Assembly (NCBI RefSeq): GCF_965214065.1
Contig: NZ_CBDCAT010000027.1
Span: 311,968-375,967, forward strand
Reading direction: 5' to 3'
Origin: Candidatus Poriferisocius sp.
Lineage (GTDB): Bacteria; Actinomycetota; Acidimicrobiia; Acidimicrobiales; Bin134
Length of the DNA: 64,000 bases
The notes under the pieces are model-generated. The model was not told the DNA's origin. It saw only the letters and a program-made list of their open reading frames with translations, and ran no database searches. The translations under genes and the position numbers were made by a program. This document shows, in pieces, positions 26,991-35,458 of the stretch. Each line of letters starts with the position of its first letter. The first letter of the stretch is position 1.

Positions 26991-27487
26991 GAGGCTGTCT
27001 CCTCGTCGCCTTCCGTCGCGTCAGTTGACTGCTCGTCGCCCGCCTCCGAAACCGCTGCCTCCGCAATGACTGCTTCAGCACCCATCACCTCTTCGCCGAT
27101 CTCCGAGATTTCCAACTCGTCGCCACCCATCTCCTCAGCCGCCCGCATGCCGGGTGGCGGTGCAGTGGGCTGGGGGGCCGGCCCGTCGACGCGGTTGTCA
27201 TCGCGCATCCGTGTTGCGCTGCGCTGGGTGGTAATCCGGTTGTTGTAGGGCAACAGCGCCATCTCCCGAGCGTTCTTGATGGCCCGGGCGATCTCTTTTT
27301 GCTGCTGTTGGTTGTTGCCGGTCACCTGGCGGGCCCGGATCTTGGCCCGGTCTGACATGAACCGCCGCAGCAGGTTGATGTCCTTCCAGTCCACATAGCC
27401 AATGCCTTCTTGGGTGAGGACGCTGACCTTCTTCTTGCGGCGCCGGCTGATGTCCTTGGCCTTCGGCTTCTTGAGTCCCTTGGCCAT
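26987..27487 (-). CDS. rpsR: 30S ribosomal protein S18 with a roughly 80-aa acidic C-terminal extension
   Basis: The S18 core is [54 protein letters not shown] tail rich in E, A and G follows. 166 aa in total, versus about 75-90 aa for a typical S18. Confidence 0.93.
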   Translation of the reverse strand: MAKGLKKPKAKDISRRRKKKVSVLTQEGIGYVDWKDINLLRRFMSDRAKIRARQVTGNNQQQQKEIARAIKNAREMALLPYNNRITTQRSATRMRDDNRVDGPAPQPTAPPPGMRAAEEMGGDELEISEIGEEVMGAEAVIAEAAVSEAGDEQSTDATEGDEETAS

Positions 27488-27948
27488 TAGAACGGCTCCT
27501 CGTCAACTTCGTACCCCTGGGGCTGGCCGCGGACCGGACGGTTGCCTCCGCCGCCCTGCTGGCGGCCTCCACCGCCCCCATCGCGCCGTTCGTTCCTCGT
27601 TACCTCCACGGTGGCCCAGCGCAAGCTGGGGGACACCTCGTCGGCGATGATCTCGACTTTGGACCGCCGGTCGCCATCCTGGGTTTCCCACGACCGCTGC
27701 TCCAGTCGCCCGCTGACAATCACCCGAGTACCTTTCATCAAGCTCTCGCTGACGTTCTCGGCCAGCGTGTTCCAACAGGTCACATCGAAGAACGACACCT
27801 GTTCCTCAGTCTCGTTGGTCTGGCGGTTCTGCCAGCGTCGATTCCAGGCCAGCCCAAATGTGGCCACGGCGCTGCCGCCTGGGGTGAATCGAAGCTCTGG
27901 ATCTCTGGTTATGTTTCCGGTCACGGTCACCGTGTTGTCAAATGCCAT
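27487..27948 (-). CDS. ssb: single-stranded DNA-binding protein
   Basis: OB-fold N-terminus [30 protein letters not shown], a Gly-rich linker and the acidic tip DEEPF. Its stop overlaps the rpsR start (TAATG). Confidence 0.96.
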   Translation of the reverse strand: MAFDNTVTVTGNITRDPELRFTPGGSAVATFGLAWNRRWQNRQTNETEEQVSFFDVTCWNTLAENVSESLMKGTRVIVSGRLEQRSWETQDGDRRSKVEIIADEVSPSLRWATVEVTRNERRDGGGGGRQQGGGGNRPVRGQPQGYEVDEEPF

Positions 27949-27963
27949 CTCAATCTCCTTGGG

Positions 27964-28308
27964 TTACCCGGCCGTAGCCAGGGGGGTACCGTCGCCTAGC
28001 AGGCCGCGTCGGGCTGCCTCTGCATCAGGCAGACGGATCAGCTTGTGGCGGACCACATCGTCCGCAAGTCGGAGGAGACGTTCAAGGGTGCCCATGTCGC
28101 GCGTCTCGGTCGCAAACTCGAGAACCAGGTAGTAGCCCTCGTGTTGATGGTTGATCTCATAGGCAAAGCGGCGCTTGCCCCACCGGTCTTCAGACATCAC
28201 CTGACCACCGTGGGCGGTGACGTTCTCCGCAACCTGTTCGATGCGGGCGGCCACGTCGGATTCCTCCACGCCCGCGTCCAGAATGATCATCAATTCGTAT
28301 GCCCGCAT
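27964..28308 (-). CDS. rpsF: 30S ribosomal protein S6
   Basis: MRAYELMIILDAGVEE...WGKRRFAYEI. I chose the ATG at 28308 because GGGAGG lies 9 nt upstream. The tracked GTG at 28320 abuts the RBS. Confidence 0.95.
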   Translation of the reverse strand: MRAYELMIILDAGVEESDVAARIEQVAENVTAHGGQVMSEDRWGKRRFAYEINHQHEGYYLVLEFATETRDMGTLERLLRLADDVVRHKLIRLPDAEAARRGLLGDGTPLATAG

Positions 28309-28393
28309 GGCGAGCTTCACCTCCCTACGGTCCCGGTGCTGACCGGGGCCCCGATCACCGGGGCAGGGTCTTGTTTGCGAGAAACTCTACCGG

Positions 28394-29248
28394 CTATCCC
28401 CGGTGTCCGTACAGGCCGAGCGCCATTTCTTCGTCGGGGTTCATCTCGTAGCACTCTGCGGGCTCAGGAAAGGCCCCGGAGCGCACATCGGCCGCGAACC
28501 GGGCCAGAGCATCCACACCGTCGGAGTGCATTGTGGCGTAACGGCGCACGAATCGGGGGAGCATTCGGGTCTCCAACCCCAGCACGTCGTGAAATACCAG
28601 CACCTGGCCGTCGCAATGGCCTCCTGCGCCGATCCCGATGGTGGGCACGTCGACTGCATCGGTGATCATCTGGCCTACCGCGGCCGGCATCCCCTCCAAA
28701 ACGATGGCGAAACATCCAGCGTGGGCCAGCGCCTTGGCGTCGGCCACCAAGCCGAGGGCAGCCTCGCTGTCGCGCCCCTGCACTCGGAAGCCGCCCTGGG
28801 CCAGCACCGATTGGGGGGTCAACCCCAGATGGCCCATGACCGGCACCTGGGCTGAAACGATGGCCTCAATCATCGGGACTCGCTCGGCCCCGCCTTCCAG
28901 CTTCAACGCCTGGGCCCCAGCCCGCACCAGCTTGGCCGCATTGCTCACTGTGTCGGCCGTGGTCACGTGGTAGCTCATCCACGGCATGTCGGCCACCACC
29001 ATCGCCTTGGGTCGGGTGCGGGCCACTGCCGCTGTGTGGTGGGCCATCTCGTCGACGGTCACGCTCATGGTGTCGTCGTGGCCCAGCACGACCATGGCCA
29101 CCGAATCGCCCACCAAGATCAAATCGGCACCCGCCTCGTCGGCCATGCGAGCGCTGGGAGCGTCATAGGCGGTGAGCATGACAAGTGGATCGGCGCCCAG
29201 GCTGGTCTTTCGTCTGGAGATAGCCGGCGCGGAGAGCTTTGTGCCCAT
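28394..29248 (-). CDS. panB: 3-methyl-2-oxobutanoate hydroxymethyltransferase
   Basis: LVMLTAYDAPSARMADEAGADLILVGDSVAMVVLGHDDTMSVTVDEM is diagnostic for PanB. ATG with an AGGAG RBS. Two short hairpins follow the stop (28330-28375). Confidence 0.95.
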   Translation of the reverse strand: MGTKLSAPAISRRKTSLGADPLVMLTAYDAPSARMADEAGADLILVGDSVAMVVLGHDDTMSVTVDEMAHHTAAVARTRPKAMVVADMPWMSYHVTTADTVSNAAKLVRAGAQALKLEGGAERVPMIEAIVSAQVPVMGHLGLTPQSVLAQGGFRVQGRDSEAALGLVADAKALAHAGCFAIVLEGMPAAVGQMITDAVDVPTIGIGAGGHCDGQVLVFHDVLGLETRMLPRFVRRYATMHSDGVDALARFAADVRSGAFPEPAECYEMNPDEEMALGLYGHRG

Positions 29249-29378
29249 CGTTGTTCTCCTTCCCCGTCCAGCGCCCTTCGGCTGCCGGCGGTTGCTTTCA
29301 CTCTAGCCCATCTCCTCGACTCCCATGCCAAACCCTCGCCTGCATCCGCCCGCTACCCGGCTACTAGGTTCGGTGGTC

Positions 29379-30776
29379 ATGGATGACTTGTTAGACCGGA
29401 CTGATGCGGTGGGACTGGCCGATGCCATTCGGGCAGGGGAGGTGTCGGAGGCCGAGGTGCTCGACGCCACGATGGCCCGCATTGACGAGCGAAACCCAGC
29501 ACTGAACGCCATCACCACCTTGGTAGACCCCGAGCCGGCGGCCGAAGGGCGGCTGCGGGGCGTGCCGTTCGCCATCAAAGACCTGCACTTTGCCATGCGG
29601 GGTACGGTCACAACCCACGGGTCGCGGTATTTTGCCGACGCACCGGTAGACGACCACGACGCAGAGGTGGTGCGCCGCTACCGGGAGGCGGGGATGGTGC
29701 TGTTGGGCCGCACCAACTCGCCCGAGCTCGGCCTGTCGACCACCACCGAGCCCGCCCTGTTCGGCCCGTGCGCCAATCCGCTGGACGCAAGCCGCAGCGC
29801 GGGCGGCTCCAGCGGCGGGGCGGCATCGGCGGTGGCTTCGGGGATGCTGACGGTGGCCCATGCCTCCGACGGGGGCGGCTCCATCCGCATCCCGTCGTCG
29901 GCCTGCGGGCTGTTCGGGCTCAAGCCCACCCGGGGCCGGGTGAGCTTCGGCCCCGACGCCGGGGAGGGGTGGAGCGGCTACTCCTGCACCCATGTGATCT
30001 CACGCACGGTGCGCGACAGCGCCGTGCTGTTGGACCTCACCTCCGGCCTAGCCCCCGGCGACCCCTATGTGGCCCCTGCCCCCGACGGTACGTTCGAGGC
30101 GGCCATCGCCGCCCCGCCGCCCTCGCTGCGCATCGCGGTGTGGGATGGCTCGGCCGACGGTATTGAGCTCGACGCCACCGCCCGGGGGGCGCTCGACGCC
30201 GCGGTGGCGCTGTGCGAGGAGCTCGGCCACCGGCTCGAAGAGGCCGACTTGCCGGTGCGCCGGGGAATGGGCGGCCCCCAGGGGGTTATCACCTCCTCCA
30301 ACATGGCTGCGCTGATGGTGCGTCGGGAGGCCCAGTGCGGGCGGCCCCCCGGCCCCGACGACCTGGAGCCAGTGGCCGCTTCGCTGGCCGCCCGGGGCGC
30401 CACCTTCACCGGCCCCGAATACGCCCAGGCCGTGCTGGACAGCCACCTGATGGGCCGGATGATGGGCCAATTCCACGAATCGGGGATCGACCTGGTGCTC
30501 ACCCCCACCCTGGCCCGGGTGCCGCCTCCTCTGGGCGAGCTGGTGGCCACCGCCGACAATGTGGCCGAGTGGGGCGCCCGCCAGGGGGCCTACAGCCCGT
30601 TTTGCGCCATGGCCAACGCCACCGGCCAGCCAGCCATGTCGGTGCCGCTGCACTGGGACGACCGAGGCCTAACCGTGGGTAGCCACTTTATTGCCCCCTA
30701 CGGCGGCGAGACCCTCCTGTTGCAGCTCGCTGCCCAGCTAGAGCAGGCCCAACCGTTCTGGAACGGCCCCCGCTGA
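29379..30776 (+). CDS. amidase (amidase-signature family)
   Basis: The GGSSGGAASAVASG signature and an upstream KD..F... lysine region. ATG at 29379 (MDDLLDRTDAV). The tracked start at 29325 is probably too long. Confidence 0.88.
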   Translation: MDDLLDRTDAVGLADAIRAGEVSEAEVLDATMARIDERNPALNAITTLVDPEPAAEGRLRGVPFAIKDLHFAMRGTVTTHGSRYFADAPVDDHDAEVVRRYREAGMVLLGRTNSPELGLSTTTEPALFGPCANPLDASRSAGGSSGGAASAVASGMLTVAHASDGGGSIRIPSSACGLFGLKPTRGRVSFGPDAGEGWSGYSCTHVISRTVRDSAVLLDLTSGLAPGDPYVAPAPDGTFEAAIAAPPPSLRIAVWDGSADGIELDATARGALDAAVALCEELGHRLEEADLPVRRGMGGPQGVITSSNMAALMVRREAQCGRPPGPDDLEPVAASLAARGATFTGPEYAQAVLDSHLMGRMMGQFHESGIDLVLTPTLARVPPPLGELVATADNVAEWGARQGAYSPFCAMANATGQPAMSVPLHWDDRGLTVGSHFIAPYGGETLLLQLAAQLEQAQPFWNGPR

Positions 30777-30799
30777 CCCGCAGCAATCAACAAGCTTTT

Positions 30800-31195
30800 T
30801 CAGCAGGGTCGCAGAACGTAGCTGCGAATGAGGTGGTTCCAGCGGCAGTCGGGGCACACCTCCACCTCGTAGCAGGTGAACCGGCCCTTGCGTTGGGCCA
30901 ACTTGGCGATCTCTGCGGCGTAGCTGATGCAGCGGCCGTGGGCCGGTAGCCGGGGTCCGAACACATACGACACCAAGGCCAACTCGTCTCCCTGGCACAC
31001 CGGGCACGGCTCCCCTGCCGCCGTGCCAACCTCCCGGCCGGCTCGCACAAGCTCCGGATGGGCATCGCACACATCGTCGGCCATCCGGGTGCCGCTCAAG
31101 AGCCGTTGCAGCACATGGGCTCGCACCAAGCGGTAATCCACCGTCGAGGCGGGCTCGGGCTGAATCCCTACTGCTGCGGCCATTGGGTCGGCCAT
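30800..31195 (-). CDS. DUF5318-like (Rv0049-like) zinc-ribbon protein
   Basis: CPVC...CPDCRWNHLIRSYVL gives two CxxC pairs. From memory, this family sits near the rpsF-dnaB block in actinobacteria. The start was trimmed to the ATG at 31195. The family name is from recollection and needs an HMM check. Confidence 0.55.
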   Translation of the reverse strand: MADPMAAAVGIQPEPASTVDYRLVRAHVLQRLLSGTRMADDVCDAHPELVRAGREVGTAAGEPCPVCQGDELALVSYVFGPRLPAHGRCISYAAEIAKLAQRKGRFTCYEVEVCPDCRWNHLIRSYVLRPC

Positions 31196-31334
31196 CGCCA
31201 CAGAGTAGCCACATCTGTCAAGCGCGCGGTCGCTCAAAGTGCCGACACGTCCTGTCGGTTCTCCGCTACAATCCGGCGGCCTTGCCGTTCGACCGGGAAA
31301 GCCGTTTGCCATCTGCGCCCACTACTGTGGGCCC

Positions 31335-32072
31335 ATGGCGTTCACCCCCACTGCTGAAAAGCTGGTCCCCGATCTGTCCACCGCCGAGGAACTGGTGCTC
31401 TTGGCCCGCTGCCTTTGGCATGAGGGCTACAACGACCATCTAGCCGGTCACATCACCGTGAACATGGGCGACGGCACTCTGCTGTGCAACCCGTGGCTCA
31501 TCACCTGGGACGAGCTGCATCCCAGCCAGGTGATCCGCATCGACCTCGACGGAAACGTGGTGGAGGGCGACTGGCCGGTGCCCCCCGGCATCCCGCTGCA
31601 CCTGGAGCTGCACAAGCTCCGCCCCGGAGTGGCCTGGGCCATGCACAACCACCCGCTTTACGGCACGGTGTGGGCCGACATGGCCGAGGTGCCCCCGGCG
31701 ATGGACCAGTCATCATCGCTGGGCGGCGGCGACCTGGTGATGGTCGACGAGTACGACGGCGCGGTGAACGACCCCGCCTCGGCCCGCAGCGCTTGCGTGA
31801 AGATGGGCGACTCCGAACTCGCCTTGCTGGCCGGCCACGGCGTGTTCGTGCTGGGCAACTCGGCCCGAGCCGTGCACCAGCGGGCGGTGGCCCTCGAACA
31901 GCGCTGCCAGCGGGCCTGGCACATCCGGGCGGCCGGCGGGGAACTGGCGCCGGTGCTGCCCGATAGCTACGTGCAGATGATGAAGCGCAGCCAGGGCGAC
32001 AACTTCATCGGGTTCTGGGAGGCGATGGTGCGAGCTGAGCTGCGCCGCGACCCCGATCTGCTCGACGGCTGA
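31335..32072 (+). CDS. class II aldolase/adducin-domain protein
   Basis: LAGHITV...GIPLHLELHKLRPGVAWAMHNHP gives the metal-binding His pattern of the Aldolase_II fold. ATG at 31335. A possible -10 element, TACAAT, lies at 31267-31272. Confidence 0.8.
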   Translation: MAFTPTAEKLVPDLSTAEELVLLARCLWHEGYNDHLAGHITVNMGDGTLLCNPWLITWDELHPSQVIRIDLDGNVVEGDWPVPPGIPLHLELHKLRPGVAWAMHNHPLYGTVWADMAEVPPAMDQSSSLGGGDLVMVDEYDGAVNDPASARSACVKMGDSELALLAGHGVFVLGNSARAVHQRAVALEQRCQRAWHIRAAGGELAPVLPDSYVQMMKRSQGDNFIGFWEAMVRAELRRDPDLLDG

Positions 32073-32099
32073 GGCCCGGCGAAACTTAGAGGTGAGTCG

Positions 32100-34523
32100 A
32101 TGAGCGGCGCCCTCGACGGCATACGAGTCCTCGATCTGACCACCCGCAGCGCAGAGATCGCCGGCAAGACGCTAGCCGATCTCGGGGCCGAGGTGATCAA
32201 GGTAGAGCCCCCCGGCGGTTGCGGCGCCCGAACCACCCCGCCTTTTTCCGCCGACGGCCGCTCGCTGTTCTGGGAGGCGATGGGCCTGGGCAAATACAGC
32301 GTGATGTGCGACATCAACACCCACCAGGGCCAAAACAAGATCCGCGCCCTAGTAGCCAGCGCCGATGTGCTGTTGGAGTCGTTCACTCCCGGCCATATGG
32401 CCGAGCGGAACCTTGGCCCCGACGACATAGCCGCCGTCAACCCCGCTTTGGTGTACGTGTCGGTGACCCCGTTCGGCATCGGCACCCCAGATGAGGCCGC
32501 GCCCCAGACCGATCTCACCCTGTCGGCGGCCGGCGGGCTGTTGGCCATGCAAGGCGACCACGACCGAGTGCCCACTCCGGTGGGCTACTCCGAGACGTCG
32601 TTCCTCGGGGCCATGCAGGCCGCGGCCGACGCCATCATGGCCCTGTGCGAGCGCGACCGCAGCGGCCTGGGCCAGCACCTCGACAGCTCCATTCAGGCCG
32701 CGGTGATGTGGTCGCTGATGTCGATCACCAGCTACGGCGCCCTGGGCCAGGACTTCCCCGGTCGGGGCGACGACCGGGCCGACGTGACCCACCCCGAGGT
32801 GGTGCCCGGCGTGCGGATGCCGTTCATCGAGCCCTGCGCCGACGGCTATGTGGGCATGACCCTGGTGCTGGGCGAGCAGGGCAACCGGGGGATGAGGTCG
32901 CTCATGGGCTGGGTGATCGAGGAGGGCGCGCTCGACGACGACCTGGCCGAGGTCGACTGGGAGCGCTATCTCGAGATGCTGGGCGACGAGACGCTGTCGA
33001 AAGACGACGCCAACCGGGCCTTGGGCCAGATGCTGGAGTTCCTAAAGACCAAGACCCAGGGCGAGATCCAAAAGCATGCGGTGGCCGGCAAGATGCTGGT
33101 AGCCCCCTGCTACACACCGGCCCATCTGGCTGCCGACCCCCAGCTTGGCGCTCGGGACTTCTGGGTGGAGGTGGAGGGCACCGTGCACGCCGGACCGTTT
33201 GCCCGCCTGTCGGCCACCCCCGTCTCCTTCCGCCATCGGGCTCCCGAACTGGGCCAGCACCAGGAGATCCTAGAAGGACTCGATCCCGTTTCCCGGCCGC
33301 CAGCCGACGACAAAGTGTGGGCAGAGCCCCGAGGACCGCTGTTCGAGGGCCTCAAGGTGGCCGACCTGTCATGGATCGCGGCGGGGCCGCTCATCACCAA
33401 GGACTTGGCCAATCTAGGGGCCACCGTGATTCGAGTGGAGACCGAGGCCCGCCTCGACACCCTGCGCTGGATTCCCCCCCATCTGCCCCACGCCTCGCCC
33501 ATGAGCGCCGGGCACCCCATGGCCAACATGAACCAGTCGAAGCTCGGCCTGGCCCTCAACTTCACCATTCCCGAGGCCACCGCGGTGATCGACCGAATGA
33601 TCGAGTGGGCCGACGTGCTGGTGGAGAACTACACCCCCGGCACCGCCGACCGCCTGGGCTTCGGGTATGAGCGGGTGCGATCCCTCAATCCGTCGGCGGT
33701 GATGCTGTCGAGCTGTATGCGGGGCCAGACCGGTCCCGAGGCCCGCCACACCGGCTTCGGCCTACACGGGGCCTGCCTGGCCGGTTTCACCGCCATCACC
33801 GGCTGGCCCGACCGGCCGCCGCACCCACCTTGGGGGGCCTACACCGACTTCATCTCCCCCCGCTATGCCCTCTCCGCCCTCGGCGCGGCCCTGCACCACC
33901 GCAGCCGCACCGGCCAGGGCCAGTACATCGACCTGTCCCAGATCGAGGCCTCCATCCACTTTCTGGCCCCGCTGGTGCTGGAGTACCGCGACAGCGGCCG
34001 AGTGCGCGCCCAGGGCGGGTTGGATTGCGACCGGGCCGCTCCCAATGGCGTGTTCCGCACCGCCGGTGTTGAGCGCTTCTGCGCGGTCGCGGTGGAGACC
34101 GACGAGCAGTGGGATGGGCTGTGCTCGGTCGTGCCCGATCTGCACGAGATAGACGACCGGTGGTCGCCGATCGGGGTGGCCAAAGCCGACGACCTGCTGG
34201 AGCCCTGGTTCTCTGGCCGCGACAACTTCGAGGCCGCCGCGGAGCTGCGGGCCGCGGGCGTTCCCGCCTATGCGGCCCTGAGGGCCAGCGACTTCTACGC
34301 CGATCCCAACTTGGTGGCCCGCGAGTTCTTCATAGAGCTCGACCACGGCGCCATCGGCACCATGACCTTCGACGGCCCCGTCACCCTGTTCTCCGCCACC
34401 CCTGCCCGCCCCTGGCGGGCCGGCCCCCTAGTCGGAGAGCACACCCAACAAGTGATGTCGGAGATCCTAGGCTTCTCCGAGGACGAGATCTCCGCTCTCG
34501 CCGCCGCCGGCGCTTTGACCTAG
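32100..34523 (+). CDS. tandem-domain CoA-transferase family III protein (two CaiB/BaiF modules fused)
   Basis: 807 aa. Module 1 starts LDGIRVLDLTTRSAEIAGKTLADLGAEVIKVEPPGG. Module 2 starts FEGLKVADLSWIAAGPLITKDLANLGATVIRVE at about residue 425. Confidence 0.85.
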   Translation: MSGALDGIRVLDLTTRSAEIAGKTLADLGAEVIKVEPPGGCGARTTPPFSADGRSLFWEAMGLGKYSVMCDINTHQGQNKIRALVASADVLLESFTPGHMAERNLGPDDIAAVNPALVYVSVTPFGIGTPDEAAPQTDLTLSAAGGLLAMQGDHDRVPTPVGYSETSFLGAMQAAADAIMALCERDRSGLGQHLDSSIQAAVMWSLMSITSYGALGQDFPGRGDDRADVTHPEVVPGVRMPFIEPCADGYVGMTLVLGEQGNRGMRSLMGWVIEEGALDDDLAEVDWERYLEMLGDETLSKDDANRALGQMLEFLKTKTQGEIQKHAVAGKMLVAPCYTPAHLAADPQLGARDFWVEVEGTVHAGPFARLSATPVSFRHRAPELGQHQEILEGLDPVSRPPADDKVWAEPRGPLFEGLKVADLSWIAAGPLITKDLANLGATVIRVETEARLDTLRWIPPHLPHASPMSAGHPMANMNQSKLGLALNFTIPEATAVIDRMIEWADVLVENYTPGTADRLGFGYERVRSLNPSAVMLSSCMRGQTGPEARHTGFGLHGACLAGFTAITGWPDRPPHPPWGAYTDFISPRYALSALGAALHHRSRTGQGQYIDLSQIEASIHFLAPLVLEYRDSGRVRAQGGLDCDRAAPNGVFRTAGVERFCAVAVETDEQWDGLCSVVPDLHEIDDRWSPIGVAKADDLLEPWFSGRDNFEAAAELRAAGVPAYAALRASDFYADPNLVAREFFIELDHGAIGTMTFDGPVTLFSATPARPWRAGPLVGEHTQQVMSEILGFSEDEISALAAAGALT

Positions 34524-34543
34524 CCACCCCGAGGAGGCGTTCC

Positions 34544-35419
34544 ATGACCAGCTTCGAGCCCGACCGGACCCCGGCCGACCGGTCGGTATATGAGCGTCTG
34601 GCGCTGCATCTGCCTAATGACATCGGCATCGGCAGCGCGCTCATCACCATGGTGGAGCCCCATGAGGGTTGCGAATACGAGTACAACCGCTGGTACGAGG
34701 ACGACCACTTCTACTCCGGGGCCATGCACGGCCCCTGGGTGTTCGCTGGACGGCGCTGGGTGGCCCCCAAGTCGCTGCGCGACCTGCGCCCTGAAGTGGA
34801 CGAGCCCGCCTTCGATCCCCCCGAATCCGGCTGCTACATCTCGCTGTACTGGAGCACGGCGGGCCACGAGGACGATACCGAGCGGTGGAGCTTTCTGGCC
34901 ATGGCCGAGGCGCTCATGCCCCACGGCCGGGGCTTCCCCCGGCGCACCCACGTCTACACCGCCTTCCACCACTACCGCTTCGGTTTGGTCCGCCCCGGCA
35001 GCGGCCCAATGAAGCCCCATCTGGCCCTCGACCACCCCTTCGCCGGGCTGGTGGTTGAGGTGGTGGACGCCGCCGATCCCGACGACCAGGACGCCCTCGA
35101 GGAGTGGCTGGCCAACGACCACCTGCCCTCGGTGCTGCTGGGCTCGCCCGCGCAGATGTGTCTGGCCTTCGCCCCCCGCGAGTTCGCCCAGGGCCGCATC
35201 GAGCAGCCCGGCACCCCGCCAGTGGCCCCCACCGCCAAGGTGGGCCAGCGCCTGTGCTTGCTGTGGTTCTTGGACCAGGATCCCGCCGACGTGTACCCCG
35301 ACGCCCTCGCCACCCACCACACCGCCCTAGCCACCCACCCCAAGGCCAGCCTGGCCCTATCAGCCCCCTTCATCCCTACCGTCCCCGGCACCGACACCTA
35401 CGTAGACCAACTCCGCTGA
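34544..35419 (+). CDS. hypothetical protein with an internal duplication (possible tandem dimeric alpha/beta-barrel, EthD/DUF4286-like)
   Basis: 291 aa. ATG at 34544 with a GAGGAGG RBS. Two similar units are visible: ALITMVEPHEGCEYEYNRWYEDDHF and GLVVEVVDAADPDDQDALEEWLANDHL. The fold assignment is a guess. Confidence 0.5.
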   Translation: MTSFEPDRTPADRSVYERLALHLPNDIGIGSALITMVEPHEGCEYEYNRWYEDDHFYSGAMHGPWVFAGRRWVAPKSLRDLRPEVDEPAFDPPESGCYISLYWSTAGHEDDTERWSFLAMAEALMPHGRGFPRRTHVYTAFHHYRFGLVRPGSGPMKPHLALDHPFAGLVVEVVDAADPDDQDALEEWLANDHLPSVLLGSPAQMCLAFAPREFAQGRIEQPGTPPVAPTAKVGQRLCLLWFLDQDPADVYPDALATHHTALATHPKASLALSAPFIPTVPGTDTYVDQLR

Positions 35420-35458
35420 CTTCGGGGGCCGCAGCCGGCCTTCGATAAAATCCCCGGC

